A stretch of 64,000 nucleotides of DNA from assembly GCA_037379345.1 (NCBI GenBank), contig CM074516.1:44491626-44555625 (forward strand). Direction: 5' to 3'. The stretch comes from Perna viridis (taxonomy: Eukaryota). The position numbers and the translations under genes were made by a program. The notes under the pieces were generated by a model. It did not search any database. It was given only the letters and a program-made list of their open reading frames with translations, and was not told the origin of the DNA. Shown piece after piece: positions 13,950 through 27,400 of this stretch (position 1 is the first letter of the stretch; every line of letters starts with the position of its first letter).

Positions 13950-14799
13950 CATGATGTTATTGTAATGGATGTGTATAAACAGAACTACATTGTAACATGA
14001 CAAGTCAGATATTGTTGTGAAAATGCAAGTGTATTTTAATGTCTTTGATGACAGTCTTCAGTTCAAGTGAGAAAACTGAAAGATTTTCTACATATTTATA
14101 AAATGAAAACCTAAGTTTTCATTTTAAACATCATATTCTGTCCAAATTGATTTTTATCCTGATGATACCTATCATTCCAGCATTTTAGAAATATGATACT
14201 GCTGTTACATATAGCATTAGTGTTTGCTTGTGATAAAATTGTTGATTCAGCACATTTTGATGTTGTCACTATTTGGAAGAAGTTTTAATTTTTATATAGC
14301 ACTTATTAAAGTTGGTTTCTTATTTAAAATATAGCAAGAATACAATTATAAGAAAATGCCAAAAGTTTCCAGCATTTACATCAGTTCTGTAATCATAATA
14401 CTAAATACCAGTATATTTAAGAAAAACCGTCAAGCTACTTTGTTGCACATAGAAATATTTGTATTTTAAAGGTACAATAGACATGTTTCTACAAAAATAG
14501 ATGTTAGGCACCAATGAATGATAGAAATATTCGTGTACTTCTTGTATGAATTATTAGGTTTTGTTTTATACTTCTTCCTTTCTTTCAATTATTTTCAAAT
14601 ATATGTATATGTGCTTATAATAACTGAAAATCTGTGATATAATATTCTATTTTTTATGTTTTATTTATTGAGAAGTTTATTTATGATGTGAACATTAAAT
14701 ACTTTTTCATCTGATCATTGTTGTGTATGAATGAGTCTTTCACATGTAAAGATTGTAACAGATAGTGCAGCATTTCAATTTCCCATGGAATGAATACAA

Positions 14800-15180
14800 A
14801 TGGGAGAACACAAATTTTGTGACTGACAGACAATGACAATAGGAGTGACTTAACTTTTAGGCTGACCGGAAATGGCAATAGGAGAGACCAAACTGTGACT
14901 GGCAGGAGACCCAACTTTGCGACTGACAAGCCCCGACAATAGAGAACAAAATTTATGACTTTCAGGAAATGACAATAGGAGATACCAAACTTTGTGACCG
15001 ACAGGTATAGCAAAGGAAAAACTTAAAATAAGTGACTGACATGCCCTGACAATAAGAGACCAAAATTTATGACTTGCAGGAAATGACAATAGGAGATTTT
15101 GTCCTATTGACATTAGGAGAGACCAAACTCGGTGATAACAGGCAATGACAATAAGACTTTTTTGACTTACTGGTCAATGG
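14800..15180. repeat. Degenerate ~40-bp tandem repeat (GACTGACAGGAAATGACAATAGGAGAGACCAAACTTTGT-like)
   Basis: About 9 diverged units sharing the GACAATAGGAG / CCAAA cores. Confidence 0.75.
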
Positions 15181-15469
15181 CAGTAGTGACCTTTTAATGC
15201 CAATCCTTAATTACTTAGCACTCCTCAGGAATTCATTTAATTATAGTGTTGTAAAGATCACATGTATTCATATCAACATAAGATTCCATTTAGGACTTTT
15301 TAGTAATTAATTTTTGTCATACTGCAGCAACAGATGACATTTCACCGTACAAACCTTTTTTTGGTTAATCTAAGATGTAACCCTTCCTTGCTCTATTTTC
15401 TATTATGCCAGAAAGAACTAGATGTTGCCTCTAAGGGGACTAATACCCTCTGCAGCCTGTTAAACCCTG

Positions 15470-17240
15470 TACATTTGGGGGCCAATTTGGACAAAGGATC
15501 AATATTGGACACAATTTTTATGGGGATAGACTAACACTTCTGAGTCACAAATTGCTACTTCTAAAACATCTAACTCAAAACTGCAATCAGTACTATTGTT
15601 TTTTTGTTGACAACACAATAGCAGAATATGACTGCAAATTTACTGTAAACATAACAATATTCACATTTACATGTGGTTACATTACATCCCACAAAGTTTC
15701 CAAACCATGCTGCCAGCTGCTTAGAAAACAGTTCTGACAGACAAACAAGGTGAAACCATTATACCCCCCTTTCAAACTTCGTTTGTTGGGAGTATAAATA
15801 TGACATAGATGTAAGACTACCATAAATGGTTTCCAAACTGGAAAAAATGTGTCAATAGGACATAGATTTTCCCAAATGAAGGACAAATCAACATCTCAAA
15901 CATAATGAACTCAAATTGAAGCTCACACATGGTACATCCAACACTGGTAATGCTTCACCCAAAATTTCATATCATTCTTGTGATACTTTCGTGACAAAAA
16001 TTTTAAAACCCTAAAAAAGATTATATGTGTCAACACAACACAAATGCCTCTGTCTGCAGTACAGTACTCCATCAAAAATCAACAAAGCAGAACAGAATTC
16101 AACCTCTGTGCATAACTCATGAATATAATCCTGCACACCGAACAGATCAATATTTCAAGGTTTAGAAAAAAAAGTCAGGAAAAGAAAGATGCACAGGAAT
16201 TTTTCATGGGACAAAACTCCATAAAAAGTAATTGAACCAGAACAATACTTTAACTCATACTGTAACTTATCAATATATACCTACATACACTTTGAGGTGG
16301 GGCGTAAAAAAACAACAAAATTGTCTAGTAAACTGGAAACTGATGTGCCACAATGCTGAAAGCTTATAAAAAAAATGCTGTATATTGAATTTTAAATAAT
16401 TCTAAATAAAATGCTACACAGGGCCTGTCTTAATACAACAGAGGTTGAATCCTAATAAGTGGGGGCAAGTATGAACATACCATTCCAGCTTGATACAGCT
16501 TAGGTTTTTAATTGTGAGTAGATCTAGGAAAATTTGATCAGAATAAAAATGGCCCCTTTTTGGTCCTTAAGTATTGAATGGTTTCATTCTCAACCTCCAA
16601 AATCAATCCCATCGTTCCTTTGTGTGTATGGCACCTTGTGGTACAATATAAAAAGGGATCCATATACTAACAGTCAAGTTATGGTCTGGACATCAAGAAA
16701 ATTATTGTTTGTCACCTAATTCTAATTCATCTCAAGTAACAGCACCCAAAATAACTCTTCTAGACTTCCTTTTGTGGTGGGACATTTTGTAATACAATTT
16801 AAGAGAGATACATTCATATCTCCTCAAGTTATTGTTTCAGGCATCATGAAAATGCTTGTATCTGGCCTGTCATTGTCTCCATTGGGTGGTATGGCACCTT
16901 GTGGTACAATTTTAAAGAGATCCATTTAATAATAGTAAAGTTATTGTCCCACCATCAAGAAAATGATTGTTTCTAACCCATTTTTGGCCACTCACTCCAA
17001 ACGGGTTCAAGTTTCAACCCGAAGATGAGCTTTGTAGTCTAGAATTTTGTGGATTTATAACATACACACTGATATGCTTTTACTCGAGTTTTAAAGTTAA
17101 TTTCTATGATTTGATAGTTGGGGCCCATACTTCCAAACCTGTTGGGCCAAAACCCCTAAAATCGATATCAACATTCCCTTTGTGGTTTTGAGCCATGTGA
17201 TAAATCTGTATTAAGATCAACCACCTAACATTCAAGTTAA
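15470..17240. mobile_element. Cluster of decayed non-autonomous Helentron/HINE-like and satellite-bearing repeat fragments
   Basis: A GACA microsatellite remnant followed by ATACCCCCCTTTCAAACTTCGTTTGTTGGGAGTATAA (15725-15797) resembles bivalve HINE ends. Diverged recurring blocks (ATGGCACCTTGTGGTACAAT...GATCCAT) at about 16628 and 16891. Family assignment is from recall. Confidence 0.4.
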
Positions 17241-17741
17241 CACACAATAATTTTATAAGAAGAGGATAAAAAGGATTGCTGGTGCATATGTGATAGAAAA
17301 TTATGAAACAATAAGAAATATTAACAAAATCATTCTAGCAAACAGGAAAAACTCAAAACACTTACACATCTCTCTAGCTAAAGCTCCATACCAAGTTAAA
17401 ATCATTCCCACAATGAACTTGAAGGGAAAGACAGCCTAGAAATATGAAGCTGCATACCAAAGTTTTAATCATTTCCATAAGGAGATACATGTACTGAGAT
17501 TTTCGTGACAAATCAAAATTCATTGGACAGGCATACACTAGGTTCAGACAACAGCAATACTTAATGCCCAAGAGGCCTATGGGTAGTCGCACAAAAACTC
17601 CCTGACAGCAATGATCTAATACATGTAATTAATACATCTACATACCAACCCTTACAAACACATTTTTGTACATGACAGCCTCCTTTAAGAAGGGTCATTA
17701 AAAGACTACTGCATCAAAGGCATATTTAACTGGGTACACAG

Positions 17742-17747
17742 TTTATT
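17742..17747 (-). terminator. Candidate NOLC1 polyadenylation signal AATAAA
   Basis: TTTATT on the + strand, about 680 nt downstream of the NOLC1 stop codon. Confidence 0.35.
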
Positions 17748-18425
17748 TCAAGCAAGATCAACATGATCATTTTAACAATTTACATTACTTTCATAATCAG
17801 TGAAGATGTTTCTACATATAACAAGAGCGATTAAACAATATACAATGGAACACTCTGAGACAAAAAATTGATATGATGCTTTATAGTGAACTTAAATAGT
17901 TATTTGGAATACTATCGTGATAATGATTTCCTAATAATGTATGGGTTCTAAAGGAATGATTATAAATTATTTTCATAAAGCCCACTGCAAGACAGACTAG
18001 TACATTCATCACATAAAATCTGGGGCATCCTAAAACTCAAAATTAAAAGTTTTTTTTTTCAAGTCACTAAAATATTTAGTAGATATCATACAAATATTAT
18101 ATACATTGCTATATCCATGTATTGAATTAATTTAGTACTGTTGAAGATGTATAAGAACTTAAATGTTTCATCTGATAGAGTTTGCAAAGATAAAATAAAT
18201 ACAAATGTAATAATGATGAAGAAAATCCTTTTAATCACATCACAAAATAATTAATTTACAGTTGTCATCCATATCAAATGCAGTACTTTATGAAAACCAA
18301 TGGCCAAATAGTACTTAATCAATCCTTCTTTCATTCTTTAAGTTTATCAACCTTCTAAAAAAAAACATAAAACTTAACAGAATGAACACTGTCCGGTACC
18401 AACAACAATGTTATCCTATAATGAA

Positions 18426-21400
18426 CTAGTCATCAAATTTTATAGAATGTACACTTGTGTCAATAGCACCTCCCCTGTAACTTCCTCTTTTCTTTTTTGT
18501 TTTCTCATGTCTGAATGATTTTCCTTTTGTGAATTTGAGATCATAGTTGGCTTTCTCTCCCCATGATCCTTTAGCACCAGCCTGGAAAGGATAAGAAATT
18601 TCATCAATGTCTAACAACATTTCATAACTTGAAAGAAGATTCTACTCCAGATCAAAGCCAGAGAGTTCTTAAATATCATCTTACTAGTATATGAAATGGT
18701 GAGTAACCATTCAACTTAAAAATAAATTCCTAGGTTATGAAGAAAAGAGGGGAAAAATATTGTAACGACCCTGACTGTTATGGTAGAAGTGACTGATAGA
18801 CTCCACCCAATGTGTAACAACCTTGAACGCTACAGCTGAAGTGACTGACTACTGACCGGCAGACAAGTACCTCTGGAACAATAGACGCAAGTAATGGCCC
18901 AGTAATGCAGCTGGTTTAATACACTGGCATAAGTGATGCGAACGTGTTAAATTAGATTACTATTTTAATTGTATTCATTTGAATAGTTTAACAAAAAACA
19001 TCATAACATTAGAAAGCAGTATACATGTGGGAATAGCTCTGGTCAAGCGCTTTGTGTCGACGAAGAATAATATATATTTAGCAAAAATAAAATTAGTTAA
19101 TGCATTTGATATATGAAACCCGGTTCTTATCATTAGTTAGTTGGTGTTCGGAATGGTTATATTTTATTCAGGTGACATCATAGTTATTTCGTGGTTATTC
19201 AATCCGGTATGGTTTATTTATGTGATCATTGGATTATTTAATACATCGAAAATATCCTTACTACGAATGTATTGTTATACAGTATGTGACTTCTTGGTTA
19301 TTTAACCTGACGGAAGTATACATGCTTTTAATTTGAAACTTTCTCTATGTGAGCATGAAATTCAACAAAGTTATGAACATTTGTAGACTCTTATATTTAT
19401 AAGAACTTTGGTAAAGCGTCTCTTATACTGGAAAAGACTACAATTCTTTATTGATAATGACCTTTTTGAAATATGACTTCTAGTTGTTTGGAAGCACCGC
19501 CATAAAGACAATATGTTTGTCGTTATAATAAACATCGGCTGGTATGCGAACTTCAACTAGGCAGTCTCACGTGTAATGTGTATTAATAGGCAGCAGTGAT
19601 ACACTTCGGAGGTCGTACAACGACTGATCAGTTCTATCGATTTTTCTCCTTTTATACCACTTGACAGCTTGTGCAACATTATGACGTCATGACGTAAAGA
19701 CTTATTTACGGTAATGTCAAAAAAAAAAAAAACATGGCCAACGTCAAAAATTTGTGTTTCTGACTAAGGAGTTATTTCGCTATTTCTGACATATAAATAG
19801 ATATTTGTCTTGAAACAAGTGATGCTAGCATTCTTCTCATTGAGATACACGGTTTAATACAGTTTTCCAATTGCCGGATCAGTTAAACAATTCAAAACGG
19901 TAAGAAATGTGGTGACTATCCATATTTTGTTTGTATGAAAAACAAGATTTCTGTAAAACAAGTTTTCCTTAATAATGAATTACATAATTAACAATTCAAT
20001 ATTGAAGATACGTGCTAACTACCATCATACAGAGTAAACAGAATCAGATTTTATCCTATAATGTAAAAGTTAGACCATTTTGACTTTTCATGAAAAACAC
20101 ATCTCAATGGATCACCACAATTTCTGTATACACAATATAAACTTGACCAAGCTATCCAAGTATGCATGTACATACTTGTACTTTTTTTCTTAATGTAAGT
20201 ATCCATTTTTTCCTTTTTAAGTTAATCACTGAAATATACTAGCACATTTTTAACACTGGCTTTCAGTTAAGTATTTAATGAAATAATAAACTGCCATGAT
20301 AAAGTTAAATATCAACTTGCCTTTCCAGGAGAATCTATACACCTGTATAAAAAATTACCTTTGCTTCAAATGAATTATCCTTTAATCTATCATCTACAAC
20401 TATCTCTTCAGCCTTCACTCTTCTGAATGGTGTCTTTGTTTTCTTCTGAAATTGTAATAATTTATCAATTTAAAGTAAACCTCATTATTGAAGTTATTCC
20501 TCTTTTATTTAAACCTGATATTAAATGGCACTATGTATCTTTTAATCTAAATATGCATTTTTATATAGGCTACTATAGTATAGAAGTCACTTTTGGCTTG
20601 CAACAATAATAAACCCTCTAGTCTGTAGACACTTTAGCATTGGAAGATTATGATGCTGCATGAAATATTTCAGAATGTTAAAGTGTATTAATCATTAAGT
20701 TTTTCAATGACTTTTTTGGGACCCCCAAGTATGCTGTTTCCTATTATAGACTTGTGAAATAGTTTTGTACATTCCAGTTTTGTTTTCTTGGATTTTATGT
20801 CATCATTTCTTATCCTGCAGTTTAATTTCAAATACAATTAAAGTTTCACATTCAAAAATAAATAAAAATGGTTATTCACCTCATTTTTATTTCCCTTCTT
20901 TGAATTTTTAGGCGTTGAGTTTTCATCCTGAAATACAATGAAATAGGACTTACTCTTACAAAATAAAATGTTTGGCAGTGTACAGCATGACACAACAATA
21001 AAGATTAAACCTTTTACAATTGCTGAGACAAGTATGTATAAGCTTAATATGTCTCAGAATTTTATTTGAACAAACATTAGTTTCTGAGACATAATAAATA
21101 TGGAAAAAAAGCCTAAGTTTGAAATTGGACTTTAACCTATTATGGTTGAAAGCTGATAATTTAAATAGTATTTATTTTTAGTATTAGCATAGTGAAGAAC
21201 ACTTAGAATTGAATTTCTGATTTAAAATTCTTAAATTTTTATATAACTGAAATGAGACAATTTTGGACCTTTACTATGGCTGCTGGTTTTAGCCTGAAAT
21301 TCTTAAAACCAGTGAGGTAATTACTCCCAAAATCAGCCCAAAACTTCCTTTGGTGGTTTATAGAAATGTGTTGTACAATTTCATGTGAAGAGATTCATTC

Positions 21401-24400
21401 ACTTTAACCTGTTATGGCATAGAAACTATATGTTTATGGACAATGATGAAGACATCGCCATAACATTATATGGTTGCAAATTTCAGGTTTGTTTTCACAA
21501 ATTTATTCAAATACCCTTATCAATTCAAACTAGTTCCATTAAAACTCTTAGTGACTTACAGTGCAAACCATCATCATTGGGACTCAATTTTATGAAAATG
21601 AACTAGACTGAAAGTATATCTTACGGAAATCAACATAAACTTCACAATAGTTGTAGTATAAAATTACCTCTCCATTCATGTTGCCAACCCCAGAATCTTC
21701 CTCTGAACTATTACCTGCTTTACCATTAACCATGCCATTTACAGCTGGTGTAGAGGTCAAAGGTTTCTTACTCCCTGAATCAGAGTCTGAACTGTCTGAA
21801 GAACTGTCAGAAATATCTTTTTTAATTGGTGTTTGTTTCGGGGTTTTCACTAAAGAATTATTTTGTGTCTTTAAACCAGATTTATCATCAGGTTTTTCAT
21901 CCTCTGAATCTGAGCTTGAAGAGTCTGAACTACTATCACTTTCTTTCTTAGATTGTTTTGTTTCACTTGATTCACTAGGTTTGTTCACTGATCTAGATTT
22001 ACTTTTCTGTTCTGATTGACTAGAACTGTCCGAGTCACTAGAACTGTCTGAGTCACTTGAACTGTCCTTAGTTTGTTTTGAACCATTCAATTTTTTCGTT
22101 TGACTTGGTGTTGTTTTAGTTTGTTTTTTACTTTTTCCCTCATCCAAACTGTCAGAGTCACTTTCAGAACTGCTGCTTTGTTGTTTCTTTTTATGCATTA
22201 GAGACTTTGTTCTTTTGGCATCAGTTTTTTTAACTGATTTCTTTTCATCTTCAGAACTATCAGAATCTGAATCACTACTGCTTGAATCAGCCTTTTTTTT
22301 ACAAGGTACAGGAGACTTGGAAACAGATTTTGCTGAAGTCACTTTCTTAACAGGTGATTTTTTATTCTGGACTTCTTCATCTGAACTGTCTGATGAACTA
22401 CTCGAGTCAGATTTCTTTCTGGCTTGTGGAGTACCTTTTGCTGCAGTTGCAGCTTTAGAGGTTGGTTTCTTCTTTTCATCCTCAGATGAACTACCTGATG
22501 ACTCACTACTGCTAGAGTCTGCCTTCTCTTTAGAGGGAGTGGCCTTGGCAGGAGTTGTCTTTTTCACAGGAGCTTTTGCCTTTTCATCCTCAGATGAACT
22601 ATCTGATGAGTCACTACTGCTAGAGTCTGCCTTCTTTTTAGAGGGAGTGGCCTTGGCTGGGGTTGCCTTTTTCACAGCTTTTGCCTTTTCATCCTCAGAT
22701 GAACTATCCGATGAGTCACTACTGCTAGAGTCTGCCTTCTTTTTAGAGGGAGTGACCTTGGCTGGGGTTGCCTTTTTCACAGCTTTTGCCTTTTCATCCT
22801 CAGATGAACTATCTGATGAGTCACTACTGCTAGAGTCTGCCTTCTTTTTAGATGGAGTGGCCTTGGCTGGGATTGCCTTTTTCACAGGAGCTTTTGCCTT
22901 TTTGTCATCAGATGAACTATCGGATGAGTCACTACTGCTTGAGTCTGCCTTCTTTTTAGAGGGAGTGGCCTTGGCTGGGGTTCCCTTTTTCACAGGAGCT
23001 TTTGCCTTTTCATCCTCAGATGAACTATCTGATGAGTCACTACTGCTAGAGTCTGCCTTCTTTTTAGAGGGAGTGACCTTGGCTGGGGTTGCCTTTTTCA
23101 CAGCTTTTGCCTTTTCATCCTCAGATGAACTATCTGATGAGTCACTACTGCTAGAGTCTGCCGTCTTTTTAGAGGGAGTGACCTTGGCTGGGGTTGCCTT
23201 TTTCACAGCTTTTGCCTTTTCATCCTCAGATGAACTATCTGATGAGTCACTACTGCTAGAGTCTGCCTTCTTTTTAGAGGGAGTGGCCTTGACTGGGATT
23301 GCCTTTTTCACAGGAGCTTTTGCCTTTTCATCATCAGATGAACTATCAGATGAGTCACTACTGCTAGAGTCTGCCTTCTTTTTAGATGGAGTGGCTTTGG
23401 CAGGAGTTGCCTTTTTCACAGGAGCTTTTGCCTTTTTGTCATCAGATGAACTATCGGATGAGTCACTACTGCTGGAGTCTGCCTTCTTTTTAGAGGGAGT
23501 GGCCTTGGCTGGGATTGCCTTTTTCACAGGAGCTTTTTCCTTTTCATCCTCAGATGAACTATCGGATGAGTCATCTTTCTTTTTTGTAGTCTTTTGTGCA
23601 GGTTTTGGTGGTGTTTTTTTGGTAGGTTTCTTGTCATCCTCATCAGATGAGCAGTCTGAGTCACTGCTGCTGCTTTCTTCTTTCTTAGCTTTACCAGTAG
23701 GTTTTTTACTGGGTGTGGTCAAGTGAGATGGAGGTGGAACACTATTGTATGAAGGCTGGCCTTTTTTGGTCTGTACTTTTCTTCTTGTATCATTATCTGA
23801 ACTTTCTGAATCAGCATCAGAATCTGATGTGCCACTACTATCTGCTGGTTTCTTTGATATTACAGCAGGTTTATTTCCAGCTTTTGTGGCAACGGCTACT
23901 TTCTTTGCAGCTGGTTTTTTACTAGATTCATCTTCTGATGAATCTGAGGAACTTGAGCTTGATGATTGTCTGCCTCTTTTTTTCACTGGAGCTTTGGGCT
24001 TTTGCTTTGTTGTGTCTTCACCTTCTGAGTCACTGTAAAGAATAAACACATCAAGATTTACTTATTTTCAAGCAAAGTAAATATAAACCTACAAAAATTA
24101 CACATGATAGTTAATAACAACTAAAACAGCCATAAATATAAATGAATATAATTTGCAGGGTTCTCAGGGACCATAGCTTACCGGTCCAAGACAGTCAAAT
24201 TTAAAGATGTAAGACCTTTTAAAACTTAAACTATTGTTGAATTTCTTAATTCATAACATGCTAATTTCAAGCTCAAAAACAGTCTTGGAAATTGGGACTA
24301 AACTACCAGCCAATGCTGGTAAAAATAGAGGTAGGCTTTCAGAATTTTTGCTCCAAAGCGAATGTATCCTATATGAAATTCTTTTCTGATTAAGGGTGGG

Positions 24401-27400
24401 GACTTTGGGGGGACTCTGAAATTTAGACAGCAAAGACTGCAACTATGTATATCAGTAAGTCTATAATCCATGCCATAGGCATGGTCACATCTAAGAAGTA
24501 GATTGCAGAGTTGTGATATTGCCGTTTGTTTGACAATTACCTTGTCCCAAAAGTTCCAAAACTAGGTAAAATCTAGCAATGTGATCACTATAATCTTATC
24601 GTACCTTATGGTACTTCATGGAGTCTAAATTTTTAATGGGAGTCATTGGACTTCTGTGAAAAAATGGAAGAAAGAAAACCCTAATGTACATGTAAATAGT
24701 GCAAGGTCTTTTCTTACTATTGTAAAAATCATGTTTTTCTTTTCTGTTGATATATATAAAAAAAATGATGTATATTTAGACTTTAACTCTAATTGAGTTA
24801 TTTTGATTATGGGAGCTAACTAATTTCTTGATTCTACCTGTTATTGAGTCATTTTTATTATGGGAGCTAACTAATTTCTTGATTCTACCTGTTATTGAGT
24901 CATTTTTATTATGGGAGCTAACTAATTTCTTGATTCTACCTGTTATTGAGTTATTTTGATTATGGGAGCTAACTAATTTCTTGATTCTACCTGTTATTGA
25001 GTTATTTTGATTATGGGAGCTAACTAATTTCATGATTCTACCTGCTATTGAGTCGTTTTGATTATGGGAGCTAACTAATTTCTACCTGCTATCAGAGGAA
25101 TCTGATGAGTCTTTCTTGGCTCTCTTGTTTCCTGAGGTACATGTGTCTCCTAACTTCCTTTTGCTGCTTGAACTGAAACAATATAACTTAATATAGAAAC
25201 TGCAAAACAAGAACAGAATGCAGAATGTAATTGTGAATGCTTTTTGTTACCCTACCATATCTGTTTCTAACCCTTCAGGTTACAATTTCTTTGTTTCACA
25301 TTTAGAATATCATTGATCAGCAAAGAGTGTTTTTTTTATTATTATTATGTGGCTAATATGCTTATTTAAAAGCCTATCAAGAACTAAAATTGTAAAAAGT
25401 ATGCATGGCTTTTCGGCATCCTTGCAGCATATTAGCTGTAAAATATATATATATGAAATCAGACACATGGACACAAAATATACTGTGACCTCTACTCTGG
25501 GCAATTATGAAATGATATGATACTTTCAAAGAACATCATGCTGAACTAGTAGACAGCAAAAAAACACAAAGTTGATGTACATTGCACATCATGTACTTTG
25601 TTCAACTTCTTTGGACCATACATTAGAAAAAAAAAAGTTTTTGTAAATTGAATTATTTTCCTACCCAGTCCAGATTTGTTTAGCCACCGACTTTTGGGCC
25701 TGTACTCCCTAAGCCCCAAAGTAAATTTGAGCATGGAACCTAGTGGTAAGAGATCAATTCAATTATAGACAAGTCACTGTATTGAAGATGACGGCAGTAC
25801 AATTTATGGTAGCAAATATGTTGCGGTCAAATAATAGTTAAAATGAAATTAAATTTTTACTATGTTCCGGTATCTTGAAAACTCTCTCTAACTTAACAGT
25901 GTTATAGGTTTTTTTTTTCAAATTCAGGTTTTCAATGGGATAACTCCAAATGAAGATTAACTTTCCCTCAATTAAAATCTGCATTCTGAACTTAACAAAT
26001 CATTTCAGAAATTAAAATGTTGAAAGGGGAAAAGGAATATAATAATCAACTTTCCCCGAACAAAATTGTACTTACTCCATGTGAGGGAAAGTGGAACACT
26101 GCAACTACTCATGCTTCATGTTATATGTAAATTTATATGTAAATTAATATGTATATGTATTAACAAAGTGTCCGAAAATACTGCAGGGCTTACACTACTG
26201 GTCAATAAGGGCAAAATAGCTTGGGATCACTCTCTTTACCCTAAGACAACACCAACAGAAATTTTTAAACATTAGCAGTATTTTAACCAGAGTTGTATTT
26301 CTTCCAATAACAATTTGAACAATATGGTGCCTGTTGGTGAAAAAAGTCAAAATCTTCAAAATCATTAAGGATACAAGCATTCCTATCAGCTTTTTGCAAT
26401 AAAATTTTGAGACAGAATATGGAATGAACATTCTTGAATCCAGAATTGTTTCAGAAATTTTAAAAAATGGGGAAATTTAAAGATCCCACACCATGCTTTG
26501 CAAGAAGTTTTGCTTTCCACATTCAAATATTAATTTTGCTGTAATAGGGCATTGATGGAACATTTAGTAATACCCCCCCCCCCCACTTAAAGGTGAAAAA
26601 AGGGAAACCGAAATGGCAAAATATTCAAATTGCCCTAACTCGAAAACTGCGCTTTGGACTTGGCTGAAAATTAAACTTACATATGTAAATTGTATTTTAT
26701 GGAATAAACTTCTCACTTCTCCCTAAGCCCTCCCACTTTTTCTCAAATAGCTTGAACACTGTACTGTCATCATTGAACTTACTTTTGCCACTGATTGTAC
26801 ACTTCTTCTAATTTTGGTGAGCCTTTAGGGGGTGGTACCTGAAAAAAAAAAAAACATACATGTAACAATCTATCCTTTCAACCTGATGATGCCATCCAAA
26901 ATGCTAAAACCAAATACAAAGTCTATTTAAATTGCTTTTGCAAAGGATTTCCAGGATTGCTTGGCTTTCTTATCAGGTACAAAAAGGAGTTCATTGTGAT
27001 GTCATCACTTACCTTTGATTTTGGTTTTGGTTCGCAAAAAATCCATTGAAAGGCATGGGGCATCATCTTTAACGGACATTAGCAACTATTTTTTTATTTT
27101 ATATTGATAAGTGTCACAAATATGTTCGCATGTATGAATATTCATCAATAAAAGGTGTTCATATGGGCTATTCATTGTTATAATTAGAAGTCATTGAGAT
27201 GGTATTCAACTTTGTGGGCCCCACCGTGGCAATTTAGTCATATATATGCATTTGATTTAGGTGATCAACCCAAATTCCAAATAACAAAAGCCCACATCAA
27301 AAAGACAAAAAAGATACAGCCTGGGCAAGACTTTGTCAGAGAAAAAACAAGAATTTTACCTTGAGATCAAAGTTCAAGGTCATCTTTAGGTGATCTACCC

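Noticed and set aside
21678-24038. Antisense ORFs of 503, 113 and 97 aa on the + strand
   Set aside because: Shadow frames of the low-complexity repetitive NOLC1 exon 4, with no independent gene signals.
24776-25033. 85-aa repeat ORF ([17 protein letters not shown])n
   Set aside because: Translation of the 51-bp minisatellite; it is not in the NOLC1 frame, which stops at AGG TAG.
25267-25274. Telomerase RNA template-like CTAACCCT
   Set aside because: Only an isolated 8-mer, with no pseudoknot or H/ACA context recognised.
26060-26260. H/ACA snoRNA-like hairpin on the NOLC1 sense strand
   Set aside because: The hairpin with an internal loop is present, but no ANANNA H box follows it. It sits next to a CAGGGCTT motif resembling a hAT-type MITE end.
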